Source: Candidatus Versatilivorator sp.
Lineage (GTDB): Bacteria > Acidobacteriota > Terriglobia > Versatilivoradales > Versatilivoraceae
Assembly (NCBI GenBank): GCA_965207735.1
Contig: OZ242296.1
Coordinates: 2,784,001-2,848,000 of the forward strand
DNA: 64,000 nucleotides
Direction: 5' to 3'
The translations under genes and the position numbers were made by a program. Below are positions 23,467 through 32,801 of the stretch, one piece after another; within the stretch, counting starts at the first letter, position 1; the number at the start of each line of letters is the position of its first letter. The notes under the pieces were generated by a model, which had not been told where the DNA came from, made no database searches, and saw nothing but the letters and a program-made list of their open reading frames with translations.

Positions 23467-23934
23467 TTGAAAAGCCTGATGGCCTACGTCGATGGTGGAT
23501 CGCGTGGGAATCCCGGGAACGCGGGCTACGGGGTTCACATCCTGGATGGAGAGGGCAAGGTTCTGGCGAACCTTTCGGGATGCCTTGGAGTCCGCAGCAA
23601 CAACTACGCCGAGTATGCGGGTCTGATTGCGGCGCTCGACTACGCCCTCGCCAACCGGTTTGAGAAAGTGACCGTTTTTGCAGATTCGGAGCTCATGGTT
23701 CGGCAGATCGGTGGAGTCTACAAGGTCAGGAGTCCCAACCTCATTGGCTCCTTCCGGCAGGCTCGCGCCCTGATCGGCCGCCTCAAGGCATTCTCCATCC
23801 GTCACATCCCTCGCTCCCGGAACCGGGTGGCCGACCGCCTGGCCAACCGGGCCATGGACAGGCAAGCCGGCAGGACGGGCGAGTCGTCGCAGAAGCCGAG
23901 CCGGAAGGCGAAGGCCGATGCGGTGGGGGGGTGA
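23467..23934 (+). CDS. rnhA: Ribonuclease HI family protein
   Basis: DGGSRGNPG, NNYAEY, DSELMVRQ, NRVADRLAN; TTG start after GGAGG. Confidence 0.9.
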   Translation: MKSLMAYVDGGSRGNPGNAGYGVHILDGEGKVLANLSGCLGVRSNNYAEYAGLIAALDYALANRFEKVTVFADSELMVRQIGGVYKVRSPNLIGSFRQARALIGRLKAFSIRHIPRSRNRVADRLANRAMDRQAGRTGESSQKPSRKAKADAVGG

Positions 23935-24182
23935 GTCGGTACCGGGGAATCCATGTTGATGGTCGCTGCAAATCACGAAGGCGCGGGGGCGGGGGCCCGG
24001 CTTGTCTGAAACAAACGAAAAAAGACTAGAGAAAAAGAGGAATCCACGAAGACACACGAAGGACGACGAAGGGCCACTAAGGCGCTGAGGTTAACCGCGA
24101 CGGGGTACCAAGATCGCGAAGGGATGGTCGATTTCTGATTGTTTCACTCTCGGATGATCCGCCCGGCAGGGCGGGGGCCTCG

Positions 24183-25856
24183 CTTGCCTGAAACAACCCC
24201 GCAGTTCAAGCGGCTGCGATTTGTGGAACTAGGTTGAAACCAAGAGACTTAGCAGCATCTTTGAGGCCCGCGAGGCGGCGTCTCCGGAACCGGTCTTCGT
24301 AGCACGCTTCCCCGATGTCGATGTAGTCCTGGCCGTAGCGCAGCATGCGGTAGACGAGAACGGCCAGCCGGCGGGCCATGGAGAAGACGGCGACGGTCCA
24401 TCCCTTGTGGCGGGCCTTGCGACGGAAGGCGGCCCCCAGAGCGGTCTTGGAGTGCTTCAGAGAGACGGCTGCCATGCGCAGGACGGCGGCGGCGCGAGTA
24501 GACCCGGTGCTGTTGGCCTTCTTGTAGTGGAGCGGCTTGCCTGCGGAGACGGCCGTTTTTGGAGCCAGGCGCAGCCAGGATACAAAGTGCTTCTCCGAGG
24601 GGAAGGCCGTCAGGTCGAGGCCGGCCTCAGTCAGCAGGGTCAGGGCCGCTTCGGTGCCGATGCCGTCGATGCGCGTCAGATCGACCCCGGCAAAGCGCCA
24701 CAGTTCGGTGCGCAGGTGGTGCCCGCCTCGGCGGCTAATCGCCTTTTCCTTGATCGCATTGGGATGCTTCGGCACGGGCTGGTCGCGGCGCTCCACCGGT
24801 TGCAGCGCTTGGATTTCCTCCAGAATGCGGGCCTCATAGGCCGCAATCTCGCGTTGAGTCATGTCGTAGAGCTTCAGCGCCGACTTGAGGTTGAACAGAT
24901 GCTCGTCGCGCCAGTTGCCCGTGAGGTGCTCGGCAAACTCCCGGCTGGACTTCTTGCACCGTCGGTCCCGCAGACCCGCCAGACGGACCGGGTCCCGTTC
25001 GCCGTCGACAATCGCCCGCACGATCGCCATCCCCGTCTGACCGGTCAGATCGGTGACCGCACGATGGATCTGGACGTTCATCTGATCCAGCGCCTTCTGC
25101 ATCCACTGCACAAAGCGGGTACTCTCGGCCCCCAGAGTGCTCAGTTGCCGGTGCAGGGTCCGAACCCGGACGATCGCCTCGTGCGGACGGAAGGATCCCC
25201 GCAGCAAGCCGCAGCTGTGCAGCAACTGGATCCACTGGCAGTCCTGCATGTCGGTCTTGCGGCCCGGAACGTAGCGCAACTGCCGGGCGTTGACCAGCAG
25301 CACCTCGATGCCGCAGGACTCCAGCAGTTCGTAGAGGGGAATCCAATACACGTTGGTGCTCTCCATCGCCACCGACTCCACCCCTTGCTCCAGCAACCAG
25401 TCGGCCAGATGCTGCAACTGCGGCATGGTGGTGCCGAAGGTGCGCACGTTCGGCTTCCCTGGGGTTACCTCCGGAGCGCACACCCAGTGCTCCCGACTCC
25501 CCAGGTCGATCCCTGCCACCTCGGGGTGGATCCGCGACAAGGCCGTCGAACGGCTGCGCTTCTTCTTCGCCTTCGTGTTGACTTTCCTGCTCTTTTGCAT
25601 GAGATTGGCCTCCTCGAGAGCGAGGGCTCCGGCCCGAGTTGGCGTGGTCGTTCGGATTCTTGCCTTGAGGAGAACTTCCCGGGAAGCCTCACTAATGAAT
25701 GATGACCTGCTCGGACCCAGACTTGCCTTGGGGCACGGGGCACCAATGCTGAAACGGGGCGTAGCTGCCGGAGTCTCGCCAGGTGCTTATTCTTTCACAA
25801 TGAGCCGTTGTTTCACCCTCGAATGATCCGCCCCGTCGTGGGGGGCGGGGGCGGGA
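24183..25856 (-). mobile_element. IS110-family element, copy 1 (1674 bp)
   Basis: Near-identical to 34837-36510; boundaries set where the two copies diverge and at the duplicated TTGTTTCA.GCAAG junction. Confidence 0.88.
24206..25600 (-). CDS. IS110-family DEDD recombinase/transposase
   Basis: GIDLG, VAMEST, GRKTD..D, IDGIG, FPSEKHFVSWLRLAP, SAGK. Confidence 0.95.
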   Translation of the reverse strand: MQKSRKVNTKAKKKRSRSTALSRIHPEVAGIDLGSREHWVCAPEVTPGKPNVRTFGTTMPQLQHLADWLLEQGVESVAMESTNVYWIPLYELLESCGIEVLLVNARQLRYVPGRKTDMQDCQWIQLLHSCGLLRGSFRPHEAIVRVRTLHRQLSTLGAESTRFVQWMQKALDQMNVQIHRAVTDLTGQTGMAIVRAIVDGERDPVRLAGLRDRRCKKSSREFAEHLTGNWRDEHLFNLKSALKLYDMTQREIAAYEARILEEIQALQPVERRDQPVPKHPNAIKEKAISRRGGHHLRTELWRFAGVDLTRIDGIGTEAALTLLTEAGLDLTAFPSEKHFVSWLRLAPKTAVSAGKPLHYKKANSTGSTRAAAVLRMAAVSLKHSKTALGAAFRRKARHKGWTVAVFSMARRLAVLVYRMLRYGQDYIDIGEACYEDRFRRRRLAGLKDAAKSLGFNLVPQIAAA

Positions 25857-26202
25857 CTTGCTTGAAACAACCGAAAAATGACAAGAGACAAAAGAAAAAG
25901 ACTTATCCACGAAGGGGCACGAAGAACGACGAAGGGGCACTAAGGCGCTGAGGTTAACCGCGACGGGGTACCAAGTTCGCGAAGGGTTGGTCGATTTCTG
26001 ATTGTTTCACTCTATGTATGATCCGCACGGCAGGGCGGGGGCTCGGCTTGCCTGAAACAAACGACAGACAAAACGACAAAAGAAAAAGACTTATCCACGA
26101 AGGGGCACGAAGAACGACGAAGGGACACTAAGGCGCTGAGGTTAACCGCGACGGGATGCCAAGGTCGCGACGGGATAGTCGATTTCCGATTGTTTCACTC
26201 TC

Positions 26203-26540
26203 CAGCCTTTTGCAATATTCAGCAGCGGGACCTTTGCCGGGAATGGCCACAAAAGGCACAAAAAACACAAAAAAGAGCAGAACACTGAAAGGCTGCAAGG
26301 CGTTGACTCCCGAACATGTCGCACAAGTTCCGCGCTATCTGCCTACATCCGGTCAACGCGACGCCATGGGGATCAACCTCGGATCGTCAAGACTCGAAAT
26401 CAAGAAATTCGTTTTGTGACTTTTGTGCTTTTTGTGGTGAACTCTCATTTTTCACCAGGTCGCACCCGATATTGGAAAAGGCAGAAGATCACGTTTACCG
26501 GCAAAATGACCTGCCCCACTGCCAATATTGCAAAACGCTC
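26203..26540. mobile_element. MITE with TIRs related to the DDE element at 36668-38154
   Basis: CAGCCTTTTGCAATATT ... AATATTGCAAAACGCTC; interrupts a cassette end motif. Confidence 0.7.
26285..26419 (+). pseudogene. C-terminal relic of a GxxExxY-family gene
   Basis: LKGCKALTPEHVAQVPRYLPTSGQRDAMGINLGSSRLEIKKFVL fits the ELKA...H.AQ...YL...G...LINFG...LE.KR pattern; flanked by inverted CACAAAA repeats. Confidence 0.7.
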
Positions 26541-26869
26541 TTTCGTATGATGCGCCCGGCAGGGCAGGGTCTGGGCTCGCGGGCAAACGGGAGTTTCCCA
26601 AAGGGCGCCGGTCAGCGTTCAGAGAAGCCGCCCCCCGGATACGCTCCGGCGCACCATCGGGACCCCCCCGGAGCGCATTCTCCCCTAACGGCGTGACACC
26701 AACGTCACAATATTGCAGAAGCATTCGGGCGCCGCTCGTCATTGAAGGAGCTCCATCCGTATTCGTGTGTATTCGTGTTCATTCGTGGTTCGTCTTTAGT
26801 TCCAAAACGAAAACGGCTGGCTGTTTCTCCTCTGAATGATCCGCCCCGTCGCGGGGGGCGGGGGCGGGG

Positions 26870-27709
26870 CTAGCCTGGAGATGATCGAGGTTGCTTTGAG
26901 GGCGCATCGGTCCCGCTCGGCTGGAGGAATTGCAGCGGTTTGGTTTCCAAGATCAGTTTCATTTCCCGAGCCAACCGGTAGAAGTGGCGCAACCCGTCCA
27001 GGTTTTCCTCGTCCAGCGAGTAATCGATGCACCGGGTAAGGTAGGAGTGAATCTGCTCATCGGGCAGCCCGAGTTGGAGAGACTGCTGTTGGACGATGTC
27101 GTCCAGGTGGGCTTGCCCGTAGCGGTAGGATGCCTCGAAGGGGGAACTGTCCTCCATCCCGGTTTCCGCGCGGCAGGCCCAGAAGGCAAACACAAAGGGC
27201 TTACCGGTCTCCTCGCTCCATGCTTCCGACAGATCGCAGCGGTAGAGGCCGCCGGTATCGACGGTCAGGGCGGCGTCGCCTATCAGAAGCGCTGCGTCGC
27301 GGTGGCGCAACATGGAAGCCAGTTCCGGCTCATGGGAGTAAAGGGACGGATTGAGCTGAAACTTCATCCTGAGCAATATGCGGAGGAGGACCACCGAGGT
27401 CCTTGAGGATCGATCCAGGGCGACGCTCCTGATTTGGGGCAGCGGCACTTTGCTGACTAGCAGGACGCTTCGGACCGTTCCCTTGGCTGCCACTGAAAGG
27501 TTGGGGACGATTCTGAGTTCGGGGATGCGTTGGTATTCGATGGCCGGGATCAGGCCGATGTCCACCAATCCGGCTGCTATTTTGTCGGCGCACAGCGCAG
27601 GGGGAGAGAAGTCCAGATCAAAGCGGTCTTTCGGCCGGTTGTGGATAAAGCCCCAGGACAGCGGCAGCGCATTGAGGTAGCCGACGATTGAGAGCTTGAG
27701 TTTCCTCAC
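26870..27709 (-). CDS. mqnA: Chorismate dehydratase MqnA (futalosine menaquinone pathway)
   Basis: YLNALPL, VRSVLLVS, SSRTSV, LLIGDAAL, PFVFAFW. Confidence 0.9.
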   Translation of the reverse strand: MRKLKLSIVGYLNALPLSWGFIHNRPKDRFDLDFSPPALCADKIAAGLVDIGLIPAIEYQRIPELRIVPNLSVAAKGTVRSVLLVSKVPLPQIRSVALDRSSRTSVVLLRILLRMKFQLNPSLYSHEPELASMLRHRDAALLIGDAALTVDTGGLYRCDLSEAWSEETGKPFVFAFWACRAETGMEDSSPFEASYRYGQAHLDDIVQQQSLQLGLPDEQIHSYLTRCIDYSLDEENLDGLRHFYRLAREMKLILETKPLQFLQPSGTDAPSKQPRSSPG

Positions 27710-27769
27710 CCGCGCATTCTAGCTGCTTTCAGGAACCAGGGGAAGCAGCGTTCTTGAATGGGAAACGCG

Positions 27770-27883
27770 ATGAAAATCGTTGCCGCGGGGGACCCTGCAC
27801 CGAGGGGAGGTGGGAAGCAATCGGGCCGTCGGCACGGTTCCCATGGTGGCGGGACTCAAGGACGGAAGGATCCTGGCCATCTA
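27770..27883 (+). pseudogene. Frameshifted duplicate of the 5' end of the sialidase-like gene at 29812
   Basis: Aligns by eye with 29812-29924 (GTLH.GEVGSNRAVGT.PMV.GLKDGR.LA.Y) with a 1-bp insertion. Confidence 0.85.
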
Positions 27884-28225
27884 TAGCGTGGGTCCGAATG
27901 TTCACCTTCACGCCTGTGGTTTTTCGGTCACAATCGACTCAAGGAATCGCGTACTTCGTTAAGAGCAGGGCGATCCAAGTCCCGCCAATCAGCTTTCGTT
28001 GCTACTCCAAGCGAGTGCCCGGTTGGCAATTGTTGTCAATATCAGCTAAACTGTTGGTCCCTTGATCGGGCTCAGCCCGAAAGCGGCGATCAACAGGACC
28101 TCTGTTAGTAATCCTTCCAAGGTCTCGCCTCAACCTATCCCTCTTACCCTTCACTGTTGTCTGGGTCGGAAACTACGGCCCTGCCGTACAGGGTCTGCCT
28201 GTGCGCGTACGGCGGAGAAAAAATA

Positions 28226-29566
28226 TTGCTATCTAGTTCCGTATCTACTGCTTCGAACGGTTTCGACCGGTTCGAACTCCATGAATCCCTGGTTCGCGGC
28301 ATTCGCGGAATCGGCTTCGAGAATCCCTGGCCGATCCAACAGGAGACTATTCCCGCGGGTCGCGCCGGTCGCGACGTGCTGGGCCTGGCTCAGACCGGCA
28401 CCGGCAAGACGGCGGCCTTTGCGCTGCCGCTGCTCGACCGGCTTCTCGAGGCGCGCCATCCGGACCCTCGAGCTCTGGTGCTCGCTCCCACACGGGAGCT
28501 GGCCACTCAGATCGCGGCTGAGATCCGCGCCCTGTCCAAGTTCACGCGCCTGAAGACCATTACGGTCTATGGCGGCGTTTCGACGCGCAGCCAGATCAAC
28601 TCGCTGCGCCGGCGCCCGGAAATCATAGTGGGCTGTCCGGGACGCGTGCTCGACCTGCTCGGGCAGCGAGTGCTCCGCCTCGGCCAGGTGGAAACGCTGG
28701 TCCTCGACGAGGCCGACCACATGTTCGACATGGGTTTCTTGCCCGACATTCGCAAGATTCTGGCTGCGATGCCCGAGCGGCGCCAGAACCTGCTGTTTTC
28801 GGCCACCATGCCGCGAGAGATTCGTCGACTGGCGGACGATTTGTTGACGAATCCCCACGTGGTCGAGCTGGCCGGTACAGCCCCGGTCGCCACCGTCGAT
28901 CACGGACTGTACATGGTCGGGGAGGGGCGCAAGAGAGGCCTGCTTGAGCACCTGCTCACCGGAGACGATTGCGACTCGGCCATTGTCTTCACTCGAACCA
29001 AGCACCGGGCCCGGCGATTGGCCGATCAGTTGAGCCGGGACGGACACCGGGCCGTAGGTCTTCAGGGATCCATGTCCCAGTCCCAGCGCGATCACGCCAT
29101 GTGGGGGTTCCGCACCCGTCGCTTCAATATCCTCGTGGCCACGGACATCGTGGCTCGAGGCATAGACGTGAGCGGTGTTTCCCATGTGATCAACTTCGAT
29201 GTGCCGAACACTCCGGAAGCCTACACCCACCGCCTCGGACGTACGGGCCGTGCGGAATGCGAGGGAATCGCCTGCACCTTCGTCACCGGTATCGATCACG
29301 GCTGGGTTCAGGCCACCGAACGCATGATCGGCGCACCGATCCCGCGTCGGAAGGTCGTCGGCTTTGAGCCCGACGCCGCCGAGCAGTCCCCACGCCCTCC
29401 CCGGCCCTATGGCCATAACGCGCGTGGCAGGCAGCCCGGCGGAGAGTCGCCCAATCGTGGACGTCGTTCCAATTCCTCTAGCCGCAGGCGCAGCAGCAAC
29501 CGGAAGCACGTCCCTTGGAGTGACCGCTTGACGAGTTTGATGGCCCAGGGTACCGAGTATCGCTGA
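28226..29566 (+). CDS. DEAD-box RNA helicase (RhlE-like)
   Basis: AQTGTGKT, PTRELA, LDEAD, SAT, ARGID, HRLGRTGRA; TTG start after GGAG. Confidence 0.93.
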   Translation: MLSSSVSTASNGFDRFELHESLVRGIRGIGFENPWPIQQETIPAGRAGRDVLGLAQTGTGKTAAFALPLLDRLLEARHPDPRALVLAPTRELATQIAAEIRALSKFTRLKTITVYGGVSTRSQINSLRRRPEIIVGCPGRVLDLLGQRVLRLGQVETLVLDEADHMFDMGFLPDIRKILAAMPERRQNLLFSATMPREIRRLADDLLTNPHVVELAGTAPVATVDHGLYMVGEGRKRGLLEHLLTGDDCDSAIVFTRTKHRARRLADQLSRDGHRAVGLQGSMSQSQRDHAMWGFRTRRFNILVATDIVARGIDVSGVSHVINFDVPNTPEAYTHRLGRTGRAECEGIACTFVTGIDHGWVQATERMIGAPIPRRKVVGFEPDAAEQSPRPPRPYGHNARGRQPGGESPNRGRRSNSSSRRRSSNRKHVPWSDRLTSLMAQGTEYR

Positions 29567-29811
29567 CGATTCATCCGGCTCCCTCTTTCTCCTCCAAGCG
29601 TTTGCGAGCAATCGCTTCCTGCGTGGACCGGTTCTTGGGGAGACCCTCATTAACTGAGAATGCACTCTCGAAGTGGACGGTCCTTGGGGAAATTGGTCAC
29701 CTCCGCACCACGTTTTTGTGCCGCTCGGGATTGCTATTGCGTCTTCAGGGTGTTGCTGAGACACTAGCCCTGTGATGGACTATGAATGTTGGAAACCGCC
29801 GGAGGAACGCC

Positions 29812-30936
29812 ATGAAGATCGTTGCCAGAGGGACCCTGCACCAGGGGGAGGTAGGGAGCAACCGGGCCGTCGGCACCTTTCCCATGGTTTTGGGACTGAA
29901 GGACGGAAGGGTGCTGGCCACCTACAAGGCGGGCCCCAACAAGGACTCGGACCGGGCCACCGTCGAACTCTGCTGGTCGGAAGACCTGGGGCAGAGCTGG
30001 ACGGAACCGACGACCCTGGAGTCTCCCAGAATCGGGGGGAAGAAGGGCGCGCTGTGGGCGGCCTATCCCACCCAGCTCTCGTCCGGGCGCCTGGTGCTGG
30101 TCTCCATGTGGGTGGACCGGGAGACCTTCCCCGACTCCAAGCTGTTTCATCCCGAAACCGAGGGCTGCCTGCCCATGACGGTGCTGTGGTCGGAGTCGGA
30201 CGACGGCGGCCGCAGCTGGAGCCCCTGGCGGGTCATCCCCACCCCGGACGAGCTGGGGCCGCCCAGCGTGACCAGTCCCCTGATGGAGCTGGCCGGCGGC
30301 AGGCTGGCATTGAGCGTGGAGACCAACAAGCCCTACCTGGACGCCTCCAAGTGGTATCAGCGGGTGGTCTATCTCTATTCAGAGGATGAGGGGCGGTCCT
30401 GGAGCGCCCCCCACACGGTGAGCCAGGACCCGACCGGCAGGATGTTCAATTGGGACCAGCGGGCGGGAGTGGCCCCCGACGGCCGCATCGTCACCTTCAC
30501 CTGGTATTTCGACAGCCAGGAGGGAACCTACCTCAACATCCGGCGCCGCATCAGCCGGGACGAAGGACGGAGCTGGACCGAACCCAAGGACCTGGGCTTC
30601 ACCGACCAGGCGGCTACGCCCGCCATCCTGCCCGACGGCAGAACGGTGCTGGCCTGGGTGGACCGGTTCGGCACCCAATCCATCCGGGCACGGCTGGCGC
30701 CCGCCATTGACGCCGCTCTCCCAGCCGAGACCGAGATCGTCATCTACGACCACGCCGCCGTCCTCAGAAGCCGCCCCTCCGCCGGGGTGAACATGGCCGA
30801 CACCCTGGAAGTCATGAGCGACTGGAGCTACGGCCTGCCTTACGCCACCGTCTTGTCCAACGGGGAGGTGCTGCTGGTCTACTATGCGGGGCTCACGGAA
30901 CAGATGGACGTGAAGTGGGTCCGCTTGTCCTGTTGA
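29812..30936 (+). CDS. Sialidase/BNR-repeat (Asp-box) family protein
   Basis: Four Asp boxes: SEDLGQSW, SDDGGRSW, SEDEGRSW, SRDEGRSW; GGAGG RBS. Confidence 0.85.
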   Translation: MKIVARGTLHQGEVGSNRAVGTFPMVLGLKDGRVLATYKAGPNKDSDRATVELCWSEDLGQSWTEPTTLESPRIGGKKGALWAAYPTQLSSGRLVLVSMWVDRETFPDSKLFHPETEGCLPMTVLWSESDDGGRSWSPWRVIPTPDELGPPSVTSPLMELAGGRLALSVETNKPYLDASKWYQRVVYLYSEDEGRSWSAPHTVSQDPTGRMFNWDQRAGVAPDGRIVTFTWYFDSQEGTYLNIRRRISRDEGRSWTEPKDLGFTDQAATPAILPDGRTVLAWVDRFGTQSIRARLAPAIDAALPAETEIVIYDHAAVLRSRPSAGVNMADTLEVMSDWSYGLPYATVLSNGEVLLVYYAGLTEQMDVKWVRLSC

Positions 30937-31066
30937 GAATCGTCACCAGCGCCGGCGGGCGGAAGTGGCTCCAAGTAGGATGAAGGAATCATCTTGTCCA
31001 CAGTGGCACAGGGTAGACGAGTTGTCGACAAGGAGCTTATTGTAGAAAATAGCTATTGTAGCTATA

Positions 31067-31327
31067 ATGGCCCTAATGAGAGAAATTACTGCCAGAGACG
31101 CCAAGAATCGCTTCGGCCTTCTGCTCGACACCGCCCAGGGCGGGCCCGTGCGTGTGACCAAGAAAGGTAGAGCGGTTGGCGTGATGATGTCGATGCAGCA
31201 CTATGAACGGCTTCGTGGAGCTGCTTGGGAGCGTCTGACGGCAACGATGGACGCCTTGGGCCAACAAGCGTCCGCCAATGGCTTGACGGAATCCGGCCTC
31301 GAAACATTGCTGGCCGATGAAAGCTAA
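31067..31327 (+). CDS. Phd/YefM-family antitoxin
   Basis: ITARDAKNRFGLLLD...PVRVTKKGRAVGVMMS. Confidence 0.88.
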   Translation: MALMREITARDAKNRFGLLLDTAQGGPVRVTKKGRAVGVMMSMQHYERLRGAAWERLTATMDALGQQASANGLTESGLETLLADES

Positions 31328-31739
31328 GCGTGTCGTTCTAGACACGAACGTTCTGATCAGCGCCGCACTTCGACAGAAAGGCACTCCGCGTGCTGTTGTT
31401 AATGCGGTGCGGGCGGAGAATGGAGTACTGTTGTTCTCCGACGAGACGTTCGAGGAGCTTCGCAGCCGTCTCCATCGCCCGAAGTTCGACGGCTACGTCG
31501 ACCGGGAAGGCCGAGCCGTTTACCTCGCCCTACTTGAGCCCGTCTCGGAATGGGTATCGATATCAGGTGTCAAGCTGGGGTGTCGCGATCCGGATGATGA
31601 CAAGCTTCTTGAGACGGCGCTGATGGGAGAAGCAGATTGTCTGGTTACGGGAGACCAGGATCTTCTGGAGATGTCCTTGTTCCACAACATTCCGATTCTG
31701 ACACCGGAGGCCTTCTTGGATCTCTGGAGGCTCCGGTAA
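31317..31739 (+). CDS. PIN-domain toxin
   Basis: VVLDTNVLISA, CRDPDDDKLL, LVTGDQDLL; overlaps the antitoxin stop. Confidence 0.9.
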   Translation: MKAKRVVLDTNVLISAALRQKGTPRAVVNAVRAENGVLLFSDETFEELRSRLHRPKFDGYVDREGRAVYLALLEPVSEWVSISGVKLGCRDPDDDKLLETALMGEADCLVTGDQDLLEMSLFHNIPILTPEAFLDLWRLR

Positions 31740-31826
31740 CGGCTCTTGGGCACAACAGAGAACATGGGGGCGAGAGATATCGGCCATCGGACTTGCTTGT
31801 GGGCCCGCTTGTCCTGTTGAGAATCG

Positions 31827-32351
31827 TCACCAGCGTTTGCGGCGGGCCGGGTCCGACTTGGGCGGTCCCCAGCGGGTCAAAAAGCGCTTGAACCTGCGGG
31901 CGTGGTAGGACTTGCCCTTTTCCAGCTTGGCGGTGTCCTGCGAGTGCAGAATCTTCCCCTGGCCGTCCAGCACGAAGAAGTGGGGGTAGCCGGCCACCTC
32001 GGGGTAGCCTGAGAGCACCTCTTCGTTCTCGTTCTCCGGGCTGTAGTTCACCTTGACCACCACGAAGTTTCGCTCCAGCAGGGCGTTCAGCTTCCTGTTC
32101 GCCTTCAGGTAATCTTCCAGCCGGTGGCACCAGATACACCACTCGCCCCCGACCTCGATCAACACGTGCCGTTTCGAGCGCCTGGCCTCGGCCACGGCGG
32201 CATCGATGTCGGCGGCGGCATCGCGTTCGGGGTCGTATTGCTGGACCGGATGGAATGCGGGTGCAGCCTGCTCGGCGGCGAACGCAGGCAGTAGAAGTGC
32301 GAGCATCGCCGGAAGCGCGAATAGTGCGGACCGGATCGGTCTTGTAATCAC
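31827..32351 (-). CDS. Exported thioredoxin-family protein
   Basis: VGGEWCIWC motif, signal peptide, GTG start after GGAGG. Confidence 0.85.
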   Translation of the reverse strand: MITRPIRSALFALPAMLALLLPAFAAEQAAPAFHPVQQYDPERDAAADIDAAVAEARRSKRHVLIEVGGEWCIWCHRLEDYLKANRKLNALLERNFVVVKVNYSPENENEEVLSGYPEVAGYPHFFVLDGQGKILHSQDTAKLEKGKSYHARRFKRFLTRWGPPKSDPARRKRW

Positions 32352-32801
32352 GAAAATCCTCCTGGACGTCCCCCACACCCTGGCGGGCGGATCGTTCGAG
32401 GAAAAACACCCAATCGTCATTAAAGACGAACCACGAATGAACACGAATTCACTCGAATGCAGGTGGACTCACTCGAACGAGAAGCGGCTCCAAGATGCTT
32501 CTGCAACGCTGTTACCCTGATACCTATTGAACATGGATGCACAGGATGCACAGGATTTACAGGACGAGAGCTTCCTGCACCGGAAGCCAACTCGGGCGAT
32601 GATCCGGTGCGGATTTGCGGATTCCCGGCATTAGAAGCCAGCCGTTTCCTGAAGAATCCTGTGAATCCTGTGCATCGATGTTAATGATCTCCTTAAATCA
32701 CGATGGGGTCGGAAGCGCCCCCCACTGGCTCCGCCACAGTCCCTGTTGCTCCTTCGCGGACAAATCCTCTTTGTCCCTTGTGTCCTTCGTTGTCCTTCGT
32801 G

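Larger units (their letters stand above)
24001..26869 (-). repeat. Array A: head-to-tail cassettes with IS110-like ends (26869-26576, 26575-26047, 26046-25857, IS110 25856-24183, 24182-24001)
   Basis: Junction CTTG(C/T)(C/T)TGAAACAA at 24001, 24183, 25857 and 26047 (degenerate at 26576); three related ~185-bp internal units. Confidence 0.8.
30915..31835. repeat. 37-bp direct repeat pair flanking the Phd/PIN module
   Basis: GTGGG(T/C)CCGCTTGTCCTGTTGAGAATCGTCACCAGCG at 30915-30951 and 31799-31835. Confidence 0.9.

Noticed and set aside
23935-24000. RNase P RNA, which can follow the Zn-ribbon/RNase H genes
   Set aside because: No GAGGAAAGTCC or other rnpB signature was seen here.
24001-26202. 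GTTTCA...TGAAAC motifs as a CRISPR array
   Set aside because: The motif is ~58 bp, intervening sequences are 120 bp or more and homologous to each other rather than unique, and no cas genes are present.
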